From Bythopirellula sp. (GTDB taxonomy: Bacteria > Planctomycetota > Planctomycetia > Pirellulales > Lacipirellulaceae), in contig OZ244170.1 in NCBI GenBank assembly GCA_965216565.1, positions 4,128,001 through 4,192,000 of the forward strand: DNA of 64,000 nucleotides, read 5' to 3'. The notes below the pieces were generated by a model. It worked only from the letters and a program-made list of their open reading frames with translations. It searched no databases and was not told the origin of the DNA. How positions within the stretch are numbered: the stretch's first letter is position 1; each line of letters begins with the position of its first letter. A program made the position numbers and the translations under genes. Shown piece after piece: positions 37,708 to 46,957 of the stretch.

Positions 37708-38727
37708 CTAGAACGCCAGGAATAGGGTCACGATCACCAGCAGCACCAACACGATGATTGTCGCCATCCTGTTGCTTTTGGCCTTCTTCGCCTTGGGGCG
37801 ATCCACCTGTAATCGACGCGTCAAATTGGGTGGCACATCGCGCACGCCCGTGGCCATGATTTGATTACTACGTCGACGGTGGATCGAAGCACCCTCGCTT
37901 GAGGTTCCTGAAAGCAACTGCTCAAGTTTTTCCACAACCACCGTCGCACTATCTGGGCGTTCGTCGGGCGACTTCTTTAGCAGTTCATCGACCAAATCGG
38001 CCAACTCCGCCGGGCACTCAGCGAGGAGAACATCGAGCCGCGGTGGCTCGGTATCGAGGTGTTGGTCGAAGATCGTGCAGAAGTCGGGGCCATCAAACGG
38101 TACGCAGCCCGCGATCATCTCGAATAGGATGCAACCGGTGGCGTACAGGTCGAGCCGTCCATCAATATTCTCCTCACCGGTGATTTGCTCCGGTGCCATG
38201 TAGCGCCAAGTGCCGACGGTCTGACCCTGTTGGGTGAGTCGATCTTCGTTCAAGTCGCGAGCCAAGCCGAGGTCGCCGAGCTTCACCAGGCCATCTTCAG
38301 ATAGATACAGGTTTGCCGGTTTTAAGTCGCGATGCACGCAGCCTTTGTCGTGCGCGTGCTCCAATGCCTGACACAATTGCAGGGCCACCTCCACCGCTTC
38401 ACGCCAAGGCAATTCTTTTCGGCGTTGCAATACTTCTTTCAAAGAGCCGCACTCCACCAACTCCATGGCGCAGTAGATACTGCCATCGTGCAGACCCGCT
38501 TCGTAGTGGCGGACGATGTTTTGGTGATTCAGCTTGGCAAGCATGGCCACCTCGCGCACAAAGCGATTCTGCACTTCGGGCTCTAGCTCCTTGGTACCGT
38601 GCAGAAACTTCAGCGCGACGCGTTGCCCTGTTTCTCGGTGAGTGGCCTCGTAGACCGCACCAAAAGCACCCTCGCCCAGGCAAATGCCGAGTATGTAATG
38701 GTCGCAAATTTCGCCAGTCGTGGGCAT
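37708..38727 (-). CDS. Hanks-type Ser/Thr protein kinase with C-terminal TM anchor
   Basis: GEGAFGAVY, VALK, HRDLKPAN, DLG, GTWRYMAPEQ. Confidence 0.93.
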   Translation of the reverse strand: MPTTGEICDHYILGICLGEGAFGAVYEATHRETGQRVALKFLHGTKELEPEVQNRFVREVAMLAKLNHQNIVRHYEAGLHDGSIYCAMELVECGSLKEVLQRRKELPWREAVEVALQLCQALEHAHDKGCVHRDLKPANLYLSEDGLVKLGDLGLARDLNEDRLTQQGQTVGTWRYMAPEQITGEENIDGRLDLYATGCILFEMIAGCVPFDGPDFCTIFDQHLDTEPPRLDVLLAECPAELADLVDELLKKSPDERPDSATVVVEKLEQLLSGTSSEGASIHRRRSNQIMATGVRDVPPNLTRRLQVDRPKAKKAKSNRMATIIVLVLLVIVTLFLAF

Positions 38728-38885
38728 CGGAAAGGGGTCGGGGTTCAGGGGGCTCGGATGAGGGAACTCAATAAACAGCTTCTATGATAAGGGTACCGAT
38801 GGTTCTTGCACACACGTTGATTGGGGGCGCGTTTTTCGACCAATTCTGGGCAGCCTTGCAGAGGACTTCTCAAGTGCTGAGCCCG

Positions 38886-38914
38886 TTGAGAATGGGGGAC
38901 AAAAATGGTAAATT
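38886..38914 (+). promoter_or_regulatory. Putative sigma70 promoter of gyrA
   Basis: TTGAGA-17 bp-TAAATT with an extended-10 TG. Confidence 0.45.
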
Positions 38915-38996
38915 AAAGAGCTTGAGGCGAGGCTGAAATTGAACCCCTAACCCCTGCCCTCCGCCCCCTCATCCCCCCCAAGAAAGGACGCTCAAC

Positions 38997-41663
38997 GTGT
39001 CGACCGATTCGTCTGATCCCAACCTTCCCGAAGACGACGACCCTGCAGGTGCTATCGCCGCCCGGCTCATCGATTTGCCGATCGAAGATGAGCTCAAAGA
39101 TAGCTATCTGACCTACGCGATGAGTGTAATCGTCAGTCGCGCTTTGCCCGACGTCCGCGATGGTTTGAAGCCCTCGCAGCGTCGAATTCTAGTAGCCATG
39201 AACGACTTGAACCTCACGCCGGGTGCTGCCCGCGTGAAGTGTGCCAAGATTTCTGGCGATACCAGCGGTAACTACCATCCGCACGGCGAAAGCGTAATTT
39301 ATCCTACCCTCGTTCGCATGGCCCAAGAGTGGAACATGCGCCACATCCTGATCGACAAGCAGGGTAACTTTGGTTCGATTGCCGGTCTGCCGCCGGCTGC
39401 CATGCGATACACCGAAGCCCGCATGTCGCAGTTTGCCGCGCTGATGCTTGAAGACTTGAAGCTCGACACCGTTGACTTCGTTCCGACCTACGACGAACGG
39501 CACGTCGAACCAACCGTATTGCCGTCGAAATTCCCAAACCTGCTAGTAAACGGCACCAATGGTATTGCTGTGGGTATGGCCACCAGCATTCCACCTCACA
39601 ACCTGGGCGAGGTCTGCCAGGGCGTCATCGAATTGATCGACAATCCCGAGATCACTATCCAGGAACTGATGCAGCACATTCCTGGTCCCGACTTCCCTAC
39701 CGGCGGCATCATCTGCGGCAGGTCCTCTATCTGGAAAGGTTACGAAACGGGCCGCAGCACCATTACTGTTCGCGCCCGCACGTCGATTGACGACAGTGGC
39801 AAGAAAACGCGAATCATCATCCATGAAATTCCGTTCCAGCAGGCCCGCGACCGCGTGGAAGAACGGATTGCCCAACTGGCCAACGACAACAAAATCCCTG
39901 GCATCTCCGCGACTCGCAACGAGAGCGATCTGAAAGAGCCGGTGCGATTGATTCTCGAGCTAAAGCGCGACGCCGATCCGGACGTGGTGCTCAACCAGCT
40001 ATACAAGTATTCGCCGCTGCAGGATTCGTTCTCGATCATCTTCCTGGCACTCGTGGACGGCAAGCCGCGCGTGCTGAATCTCAAGGAGATGCTGGAAGAA
40101 TTCGTCCGCCACCGCGTGACGGTTATTCGCCGTCGCACGCAGTTCTTGCTCACGAAGGCTCGCAAGCGCAAGCACACGGTGCAAGGCCTGCTATTGGCCC
40201 ACGCCAATATCGACGAAGTCATTCGCGTCATTCGGGCATCTAAAACTCAGTCCGAGGCCAAGCAAGCCTTAATGGATATTAAGACGCCGGGCGCACTTTT
40301 GAAGCGAGCCCTTGGCGACGAAGGTTATAGCCAATTCCAGGAAGAACGTGGCGTTGCCGAAGAGTATTCGCTAACTCCCGTGCAGGCCGACGCGATTTTG
40401 AAGATGACGCTCGGCCAGTTGGTCAACTTGGAGCAAGAGAAACTAGCCGACGAGCATGCGAAGCTACTCGAGGAAATATCCGAGTACTCCGGCATTCTCG
40501 CCGACCAGGCCAAGATCTTCGCGATGATCCGCGACGATTGCCAGATGCTCATCGACAAGCACGCCAACAAACGGCGGACGGAGATCTCCAACGAGGAGAT
40601 CGGCGACGTCGATTTGGAAGACCTCATCGAAGAAGAGCAGATGGTGGTTTCGATCTCCCATCAAGGCTACATCAAACGCACCCCAGCCAGCGTCTACCGC
40701 GCCCAGCGTCGCGGCGGCAAGGGTATCAAGGGAGCGAAGACTGACGAAGACGACCCAGTCGAGCACTTGTTCGTCTCCAGCACGCACGACTACTTGCTGT
40801 TCTTCACGAACAAGGGCAAGGTGTACTGGCAGAAGGTTTACAATCTGCCGCAACTGTCGCGCGATGCGAAAGGTCGGGCAGTCGTGAATCTGCTCAACCT
40901 CACAGAAGACGAGCAAATTGCCGATTGCCGGGCGGTCCGTGATTTTGATCTCCCCGATCATTGCCTGGTGATGGCTACGCGCAAAGGTCTGGTGAAGAAG
41001 ACACTTCTCAAGGCCTATCGGCGTCCCATGAAGACTGGCATCATTGCCATCAAGCTGAAGGACGACGACGAATTGGTCGACGTGGTTGTTACCAAGCCGG
41101 GCGACGAACTGGTCCTAGCCACAGCGTCTGGCATGGCAATTCGGTTCAACGAAGCCGATGCCCGACCCACCGGCCGCAACACGAGTGGCGTGAAGGGCAT
41201 CAATCTTGGCAAAGGCGATGCATTGGTGGGGATGGTGGTCGCTGACCCCGACGCCACACTGCTGACGGCGTGTGAAAACGGCTATGGCAAACGGACCCCC
41301 TTCGGCCCCAATGCAGCCGACCTGGACGACTCCACCGAGGACGACACCAGTTCCTCTTTCCGATACCGCACCCAAAACCGCGGCGGCAAGGGACTTCGCG
41401 ACATCAAAACCACCGACCGCAATGGTTCGGTAATGGGCATAGTGCGTGTCGACGACGAAGACGAGTTGATGATGATGACCGCTCGCGGCAAGATTCAGCG
41501 CGTGAAGGTCAGCGACTTCAATGCCATTGGCCGCAACACGCAAGGCGTGCGTATCATGACCCTCGACGAAGGCGATACCCTGGCGGCGCTGGTTCGCGTT
41601 CCGCCCGAGGACGATGACGACGAGGCAGACCCCGGAGCTGAGGCACCAACCACCGAGGCGTGA
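38997..41663 (+). CDS. gyrA: DNA gyrase subunit A
   Basis: [24 protein letters not shown] (catalytic Tyr), GyrA-box QRRGGKG, acidic tail. Confidence 0.97.
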   Translation: MSTDSSDPNLPEDDDPAGAIAARLIDLPIEDELKDSYLTYAMSVIVSRALPDVRDGLKPSQRRILVAMNDLNLTPGAARVKCAKISGDTSGNYHPHGESVIYPTLVRMAQEWNMRHILIDKQGNFGSIAGLPPAAMRYTEARMSQFAALMLEDLKLDTVDFVPTYDERHVEPTVLPSKFPNLLVNGTNGIAVGMATSIPPHNLGEVCQGVIELIDNPEITIQELMQHIPGPDFPTGGIICGRSSIWKGYETGRSTITVRARTSIDDSGKKTRIIIHEIPFQQARDRVEERIAQLANDNKIPGISATRNESDLKEPVRLILELKRDADPDVVLNQLYKYSPLQDSFSIIFLALVDGKPRVLNLKEMLEEFVRHRVTVIRRRTQFLLTKARKRKHTVQGLLLAHANIDEVIRVIRASKTQSEAKQALMDIKTPGALLKRALGDEGYSQFQEERGVAEEYSLTPVQADAILKMTLGQLVNLEQEKLADEHAKLLEEISEYSGILADQAKIFAMIRDDCQMLIDKHANKRRTEISNEEIGDVDLEDLIEEEQMVVSISHQGYIKRTPASVYRAQRRGGKGIKGAKTDEDDPVEHLFVSSTHDYLLFFTNKGKVYWQKVYNLPQLSRDAKGRAVVNLLNLTEDEQIADCRAVRDFDLPDHCLVMATRKGLVKKTLLKAYRRPMKTGIIAIKLKDDDELVDVVVTKPGDELVLATASGMAIRFNEADARPTGRNTSGVKGINLGKGDALVGMVVADPDATLLTACENGYGKRTPFGPNAADLDDSTEDDTSSSFRYRTQNRGGKGLRDIKTTDRNGSVMGIVRVDDEDELMMMTARGKIQRVKVSDFNAIGRNTQGVRIMTLDEGDTLAALVRVPPEDDDDEADPGAEAPTTEA

Positions 41664-41670
41664 TCAGCGA

Positions 41671-41761
41671 GGGTTTGCGGTGTCGGCCACGACGCCTACC
41701 CACTTGGTGCAAAGTGTTCGAGTGTAAGCAGGCGATAGGTCGTTGCCGACCGCGCTAACAC
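41671..41761. repeat. REP doublet (inverted pair) next to RAYT
   Basis: GGGTTTGCGGTGTCGGCCACGAC at 41671-41693 and inverted GTGTTAGCGCGGTCGGCAACGAC at 41739-41761. Confidence 0.7.
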
Positions 41762-42348
41762 TTGTACGCTTCGACGAACGTCCAATTCTGCGGTTTCAGG
41801 CCTGCGCGTACGGGATTGTTCTCAACATATGCGATTGTCCTTCGCACATCTGCCTCCGTATCAAGAAACACCTTCCAGCCGCCGCTTGCCCACGGCGAGG
41901 GCAGTTTGCCATTTGAGCGAGGATGATCGACAAATGGATGCACGTCTTCTTCGTTAAGTCGACGAGTAGCAGCGCGTTTCAATGCAGAGATCACTTCGTC
42001 ACCCCGCAAACGATGTGTACCTACCACCAAGTGAGCGTGGTCTGGCATGATCGAGCAGGCGTAGACCGAAATGCGAAGTTGCTCGATGATTCTTGTAAAG
42101 CCTCGGCCAATGGCTCTCGCTTGTATGCCCGAGAACTCTACTGGTTGATGTTTCAAAGCTTCCTTAGTCTTGCGACGAAGTTGAATGTCATGGGCAACAC
42201 CAGCAACCGAATGCCTGGTATTTACCTTAGTCGCTCCCCCGCCAACTTCGTATAGGTGGTGGGCTCGGACCTCACTAGAACCGCTCCCCCGTGGGTCGTT
42301 CGGAAGCCAATAGCCATATGTTGTGAAAATCAGATGAGTACCAAGCAT
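41755..42348 (-). mobile_element. REP-associated tyrosine transposase (RAYT; IS200-like HUH/Y1)
   Basis: HLIFTTYGYWLP, MPDHAHLVV (HUH), IAYVENNPVRAGL (catalytic Tyr); flanked by REP-like palindromes. Confidence 0.88.
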
Positions 42349-42375
42349 CCAAATATGATAACAAACAACGCCCCA

Positions 42376-42400
42376 GTGTTAGCGGTGTCGGCCACGACAC
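42376..42400 (+). repeat. REP copy upstream of RAYT
   Basis: GTGTTAGCG-GTGTCG-GCCA-CGACAC hairpin. Confidence 0.7.
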
Positions 42401-42467
42401 ATCCATGATCGAGCCATAAAAAACACGTGACCTCCCCGCATCGGCGGGTATAATCAATAGCGATCCC

Positions 42468-44609
42468 ATGGAGATTTCAGCCATGTCTCGCACCAAACGT
42501 CTCGCCTTTGAAACTCTCGAACGTCGCCAGATGCTTGCTGGTGATCTGTTCTACGATCCAATCACGCCCGGCACTTTCGATCGCATCGTTTTCGTCGATC
42601 AATTCGGCGGCGACTTGAGCGGCGTTGCCGATCCCACCCCAGTCGTGGGACAAAAGGTTTATGTCTCCATCGATTGGTCGGCTGTCGGGCTCGATCCGGC
42701 CGATACCTACTTTGTTCAGCTCGATATGGATGGAGAAATTCTCGATACCCTCTTCTTTGAGCCATTCTCAAATACAGACTACCCCGCGTTGTTCCATGGT
42801 GGGTGGATCGCTCAGCCCGATACCACGCACACCATCACCGTCACGCTCGATCCGAATAACCAAGTCGTCGAAACGAACGAAGCGAACAACACGTTCACCT
42901 TGCAATTCACCACACGCGACGCGGACGATCTGCCTGCCAAGTTTGGCAATCCTATCGCGGGAACGCAGAATGTGGATTGGGTACTGGGTGGCTACGTGGA
43001 TGTCGATCCAGGCTTCTTTCCGGATTTTGAAGATCATCAAGGAGAAACCAATACCACACGCGAAGGCCATAATGGCCTCGATATCGAGGTAGCGAATTTC
43101 GCCGCCCAAGATGCCGGTGTACAGGTGATCGCCGCGGCTCCAGGCATGGTGATCGAAGCGGTCGATGGCGACTTCGATCGCGAGACGGTCCTCAACTTTG
43201 CCAATGCCGGGAACCGCGTGTTCATCGATCACGGCGATGGCTGGGTTTCGCAGTACTACCATCTTCGCCGCGACACCGTGGCGGTGACGGTCGGTCAACA
43301 AGTGGAAACCGGCGACGTGCTAGGGCTGGTCGGTAGCAGCGGCAACTCTGCCGGGCCCCACGTGCACTTCGAAATCCAGCATCATGGTTCTCCCGTGGAG
43401 CCGTTCATTGCCCCCGAGCAGTACTTCGTCGCTTCGGACTTCGATAATAGTGGGAACTCCACGGGGCTCGACTTTCTCCTCTGGCAACAAAATGTCGGCA
43501 CATCCTCCGGAGCAACAACGGCCGAGGGCGATGCCAACGCAGACAATACCGTGGGCACTGCCGACCTGCTGATTTGGGAATCCCAGTATGGCGACACTCC
43601 CCTGCCCTACGTCTTCGACCCCGTGTTGCCCAACAATCTGCTCGATTTTGGCGTCACCAACGATATTCAAGATGGCGTGAGCACCGGGTTCGGGTTGCCA
43701 TTGGCCCAATTCATCGAGCGACCTTCGGAAGTGGAAGCCTTTCCCGGTAGCAGCGAGTGGATTTTGGCTTGGGGCATCTTTAGCTCGGTCGAAGCTGGCG
43801 ACACTTGGGAGGCTCAGCTCTATCGACCCAATGGGACGTTGGTCAACGACTTTGCAGCAGTCACCTTTGCCAGCAATCAGGGCAAAAATTCAGGGCTCTT
43901 CAATCCGGGTCTGACGGAAAACATTCCCGGCACGTGGCGCGTCGATTTCCTTTACAACGATGTCAAAATCGGCGAGCGGACTTTCGAAGTCGGTAGCTCA
44001 CTCCCAGAGATGCGCGTCTTCGAAGATGGTGCGGGGACATACATTCTCGATGGCCGCACCACACCGATAGACTTTGGCTCAGCGGCCCAGGGCGGATCGG
44101 CGCCGGAACTGACTTTCAAAGTCGAGAACCACGGTTATGCCGATCTCACCATCAGCGGCGTCAACCTTCCTGTGGGGTATTCCATCACCGAGTCGCTCAG
44201 CGCAACCATTGCCGCCGGCACGAGCGATACTTTCACGGTCGAACTCGACACATCCGTGGTCGGGTCAAAAACTGGTCAGATTGTGATCAATTCCAACGAC
44301 GCCAGCGAGGCCGCCTTCGAATTCGAAGTGGAAGGCGAGATCACCGCCCCGCTGGCGGCAGCGTCGCTACCCGCCTCGGCGTTCTATTACCAGAGTCTCG
44401 CCCTCTACGGCGAGGCCTCCTCAGAGACGAGCTTGCCGTCAGCGGAGCCAGCAAGGGTTGCTGCGGCATTGGAGCAATCACCCTCGACGGTCGACCCCCT
44501 GCCAACCGCTTCCAGCGCCGGTTCCTTTTATCCGTTGAGCGAAGCCGATGAAGACGAAGCAGAGGAAGCCACCGACGAGGCATTCACCGAACTCGGCCCG
44601 CAACTCTAG
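42468..44609 (+). CDS. Extracellular M23 metallopeptidase with LExRxLL motif, CARDB-like, dockerin-like and Ig-like domains
   Basis: KRLAFETLERRQMLA; LDPNNQVVETNEANN (CARDB); HNGLD (HxxxD), YYHL, GPHVHF (HxH). Confidence 0.87.
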   Translation: MEISAMSRTKRLAFETLERRQMLAGDLFYDPITPGTFDRIVFVDQFGGDLSGVADPTPVVGQKVYVSIDWSAVGLDPADTYFVQLDMDGEILDTLFFEPFSNTDYPALFHGGWIAQPDTTHTITVTLDPNNQVVETNEANNTFTLQFTTRDADDLPAKFGNPIAGTQNVDWVLGGYVDVDPGFFPDFEDHQGETNTTREGHNGLDIEVANFAAQDAGVQVIAAAPGMVIEAVDGDFDRETVLNFANAGNRVFIDHGDGWVSQYYHLRRDTVAVTVGQQVETGDVLGLVGSSGNSAGPHVHFEIQHHGSPVEPFIAPEQYFVASDFDNSGNSTGLDFLLWQQNVGTSSGATTAEGDANADNTVGTADLLIWESQYGDTPLPYVFDPVLPNNLLDFGVTNDIQDGVSTGFGLPLAQFIERPSEVEAFPGSSEWILAWGIFSSVEAGDTWEAQLYRPNGTLVNDFAAVTFASNQGKNSGLFNPGLTENIPGTWRVDFLYNDVKIGERTFEVGSSLPEMRVFEDGAGTYILDGRTTPIDFGSAAQGGSAPELTFKVENHGYADLTISGVNLPVGYSITESLSATIAAGTSDTFTVELDTSVVGSKTGQIVINSNDASEAAFEFEVEGEITAPLAAASLPASAFYYQSLALYGEASSETSLPSAEPARVAAALEQSPSTVDPLPTASSAGSFYPLSEADEDEAEEATDEAFTELGPQL

Positions 44610-44748
44610 TTGTGAAACCCGAGCCGCGCTCCACTGCTTGCCCGCCGTGGTGGGAGTCGCAAGGCTGGGGCTAGCTGCCGAGCACGCATTTTTGTAGGCT
44701 CTCACTTTCCCCCGACAGCCTCCAGCCTCAAGCCTACAGCCTCCCCCC

Positions 44749-45981
44749 ATGTCCGACCCTTACTTCCAAAAACTGTTTGCCGACCGCATTGGCGGAGTTA
44801 ACTACGGCAAAGACGATTCCATCTACAAGTTTGAAAAAATCAAGCGTGCGAAACGCAAGGCTCTGGCCGATTTCCCGGATCGCCAGTTGCTCGACTTTGG
44901 CATCGGCGAAAACGACGGCGTCGCCGACGAAGTTGTCCTGAAAACTATGGCCGAGGAAATGGGCAAGCCGGAGAATCGCGGCTATGCCGACAATGGCCCC
45001 CCAGTGTTCAAAGAAGCGGTCGCCCGGTTCATGCAACGGCAATATGGTGTCGAGCTCGATCCCACCAAAGAGATCATCCATTGCATTGGTTCCAAGTCGG
45101 GGCTGGCCATTTTGCCCTCGGCATTCATCAATCCTGGCGATATCACGTTGATGACGGTCCCCGGTTACCCAGTGGCTGGAACGCACACGTCGTACCTGGG
45201 CGGTGTCGTTTACAAATTGCCACTGCTGGCGGAGAACGGGTTCCTGCCCGACCTGGCGAGCATTCCGGGGGATGTGCTGGAGAAGGCAAAACTTCTGCTG
45301 CTTTGCTTCCCCAACAGCCCTACCGGAGTGACCGCCACACGCGAGTACTACGAGCAGATCATCGAATTCGCCAAGCAGAATGAAATTGTCATCGTGCAAG
45401 ATGCGGCCCACGGGTTACTCTCATTCGATCGCGAACCGAACAGTTTCCTCGCGGTGCCCGGGGCCAAGGACGTTGGTGTCGAAATGCACTCGATGAGCAA
45501 GGGCTTCGACATGATCGGCTGGCGGATTGGTTGGATTTGTGGCAACGAACGAATCGTCAGCGCCTTTGGCGACGTGAAAGACACCTCCGACTCGGGCCAA
45601 TTTATCGCCATCCAAAAAGCGGCCGTCGCGGCGCTCGACGATCCGGAAATTCCCAACCGTATCCGCACCAAATACAAGCGTCGCATGGAAAAGCTTGTCG
45701 CCACTCTCCGGCGCTGCGGGTTCCAATGCGAAATGCCCGGCGGTACGTACTTTCTATACACGCCCTCGCCCAAGGGATTGGAAGACGGCCCGACGTTCGA
45801 GAACGCCGAAGCCGCTAGCCAGTATCTCATCACACAGCAGTCGATTTGCACGGTGCCCTGGGACGATGCCGGCTCGTTCCTCCGCTTCTCAGTCACTTAC
45901 GTCGCCGAAGACGAAGCAGCCGAAGACGCTTTAATGGCGGAAACCGAATCGCGACTGAAGAACATTCGTCCGGTGTTTTGA
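44749..45981 (+). CDS. dapL: LL-diaminopimelate aminotransferase
   Basis: Class I PLP aminotransferase: YKFEKIKRAK, GSKS, PGYPV, FPNSPTG, SMSKGFDMIGWR. Confidence 0.85.
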   Translation: MSDPYFQKLFADRIGGVNYGKDDSIYKFEKIKRAKRKALADFPDRQLLDFGIGENDGVADEVVLKTMAEEMGKPENRGYADNGPPVFKEAVARFMQRQYGVELDPTKEIIHCIGSKSGLAILPSAFINPGDITLMTVPGYPVAGTHTSYLGGVVYKLPLLAENGFLPDLASIPGDVLEKAKLLLLCFPNSPTGVTATREYYEQIIEFAKQNEIVIVQDAAHGLLSFDREPNSFLAVPGAKDVGVEMHSMSKGFDMIGWRIGWICGNERIVSAFGDVKDTSDSGQFIAIQKAAVAALDDPEIPNRIRTKYKRRMEKLVATLRRCGFQCEMPGGTYFLYTPSPKGLEDGPTFENAEAASQYLITQQSICTVPWDDAGSFLRFSVTYVAEDEAAEDALMAETESRLKNIRPVF

Positions 45982-46105
45982 GAGACCAGAGACCAGAGAC
46001 CAGAGACTAGAGACTAGAGACTAGAGAAATCCCCCTCCCTTGAAAGGTCGCCTCGGCGACTCGCCTTTGGAGAGGAGGGGTTAGGGGAGGGTTGATCGAG
46101 AACGC
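45981..46105. repeat. Heptamer tandem repeat (GAGACCA/GAGACTA) plus left arm of a ~75-bp inverted repeat
   Basis: Six heptamers followed by CCCCCTCC...GAGGGGTTAGGGGAGGGTTGATCGA, mirrored at 46822-46953. Confidence 0.85.
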
Positions 46106-46116
46106 TCAACCTTCAA

Positions 46117-46148
46117 GGTGCGTTCCGCTAACGCTCCACGCACCCTAC
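46117..46148 (-). repeat. GTAG-type REP
   Basis: Minus strand GTAG-GGTGCGT...ACGCACC. Confidence 0.7.
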
Positions 46149-46250
46149 GTGCAGAATCAGCTATTCGCTCGATTCGCATAGTTCATTCGCACATTGCGTG
46201 ATCAAGAGAATTCAGCGAACCAAGCTCGCCGGGTTTCTGTCTTGGTGATC

Positions 46251-46640
46251 ATGGCTAAGTCTCGTCCACTCCGCGAACCCCTCCCCTTAGGCAACGCCTG
46301 CAAGCTCGCCAAGACGCTTGCGCCGGAGGAAATCTACCCCCGAGACTTTGTTGCCCAACTGTACGAGGTCCAGGAATATCCCTCGCTCATCTGGTGCGAT
46401 GATAATTACGCGACGTCGCGCGAGGAACTGATTCGCATTCAGTACACCCCCGAAAACGGCGGCGTGCCGCTTAAGGTGAAGTCTGTTTGCTTACCGTTTG
46501 TGCTGGTGAAGCACCCCCGCGGACAGCAATTCATGATCGACATCCGTCGCGTGAAGCTGGCCCGACTCGACCGCGAGTTCGCCAAAACGGCTTGGAAGAG
46601 CCTCCGCGCTCGCAGCAGCAAGCGAAAGAGAAAAAAGTAG
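46251..46640 (+). CDS. Hypothetical protein (129 aa, basic C-terminus)
   Basis: ATG at 46251; plausible codon usage; LAPEEI...PLKVKSVCLPFVLVKHP. Confidence 0.7.
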   Translation: MAKSRPLREPLPLGNACKLAKTLAPEEIYPRDFVAQLYEVQEYPSLIWCDDNYATSREELIRIQYTPENGGVPLKVKSVCLPFVLVKHPRGQQFMIDIRRVKLARLDREFAKTAWKSLRARSSKRKRKK

Positions 46641-46669
46641 GGTGCGATGCAGCAAAGCGGAATCGCACC
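46637..46669 (+). repeat. GTAG-type REP overlapping the stop codon
   Basis: GTAG-GGTGCGAT...ATCGCACC. Confidence 0.7.
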
Positions 46670-46821
46670 ATTGCATGGTAATGCGCTCTCAACATTCACG
46701 TTCCGCCAATCTGTTGGCGGTGTCTGCCAAGACACTGCGGAATGCAATCGGTGCAGCGGGACGCTATCGCTGAATACGCCCTAATGCCTCTCCCCTCCGG
46801 AAAAGCTAGCCGAGGGGCGGG

Positions 46822-46953
46822 GCGTTTTCGATCAACCCTCCCCTAACCCCTCCTCTCCAAAGGCGAGTCGCCGAGGCGACCTTTCAAAGGAGGGGGACTT
46901 GTCTAAACTCTAAGCTCCAGGCTCTAGTCTCTTGACTCTAGACTCTAGACTCT
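46822..46953. repeat. Right arm of inverted repeat plus degenerate heptamers
   Basis: TCGATCAACCCTCCCCTAACCCCTCCTCTCCAAAGGCGAGTCGCCGAGGCGACCTTTCAA is the reverse complement of the left arm; followed by CTAGACT-type heptamers. Confidence 0.85.
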
Positions 46954-46957
46954 CCCC

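Noticed and set aside
38260..38290. Kinase DLG instead of DFG as a sign of a pseudokinase
   Set aside because: The Mg-binding Asp, VALK Lys and HRD Asp are intact, and DLG is a tolerated variant.
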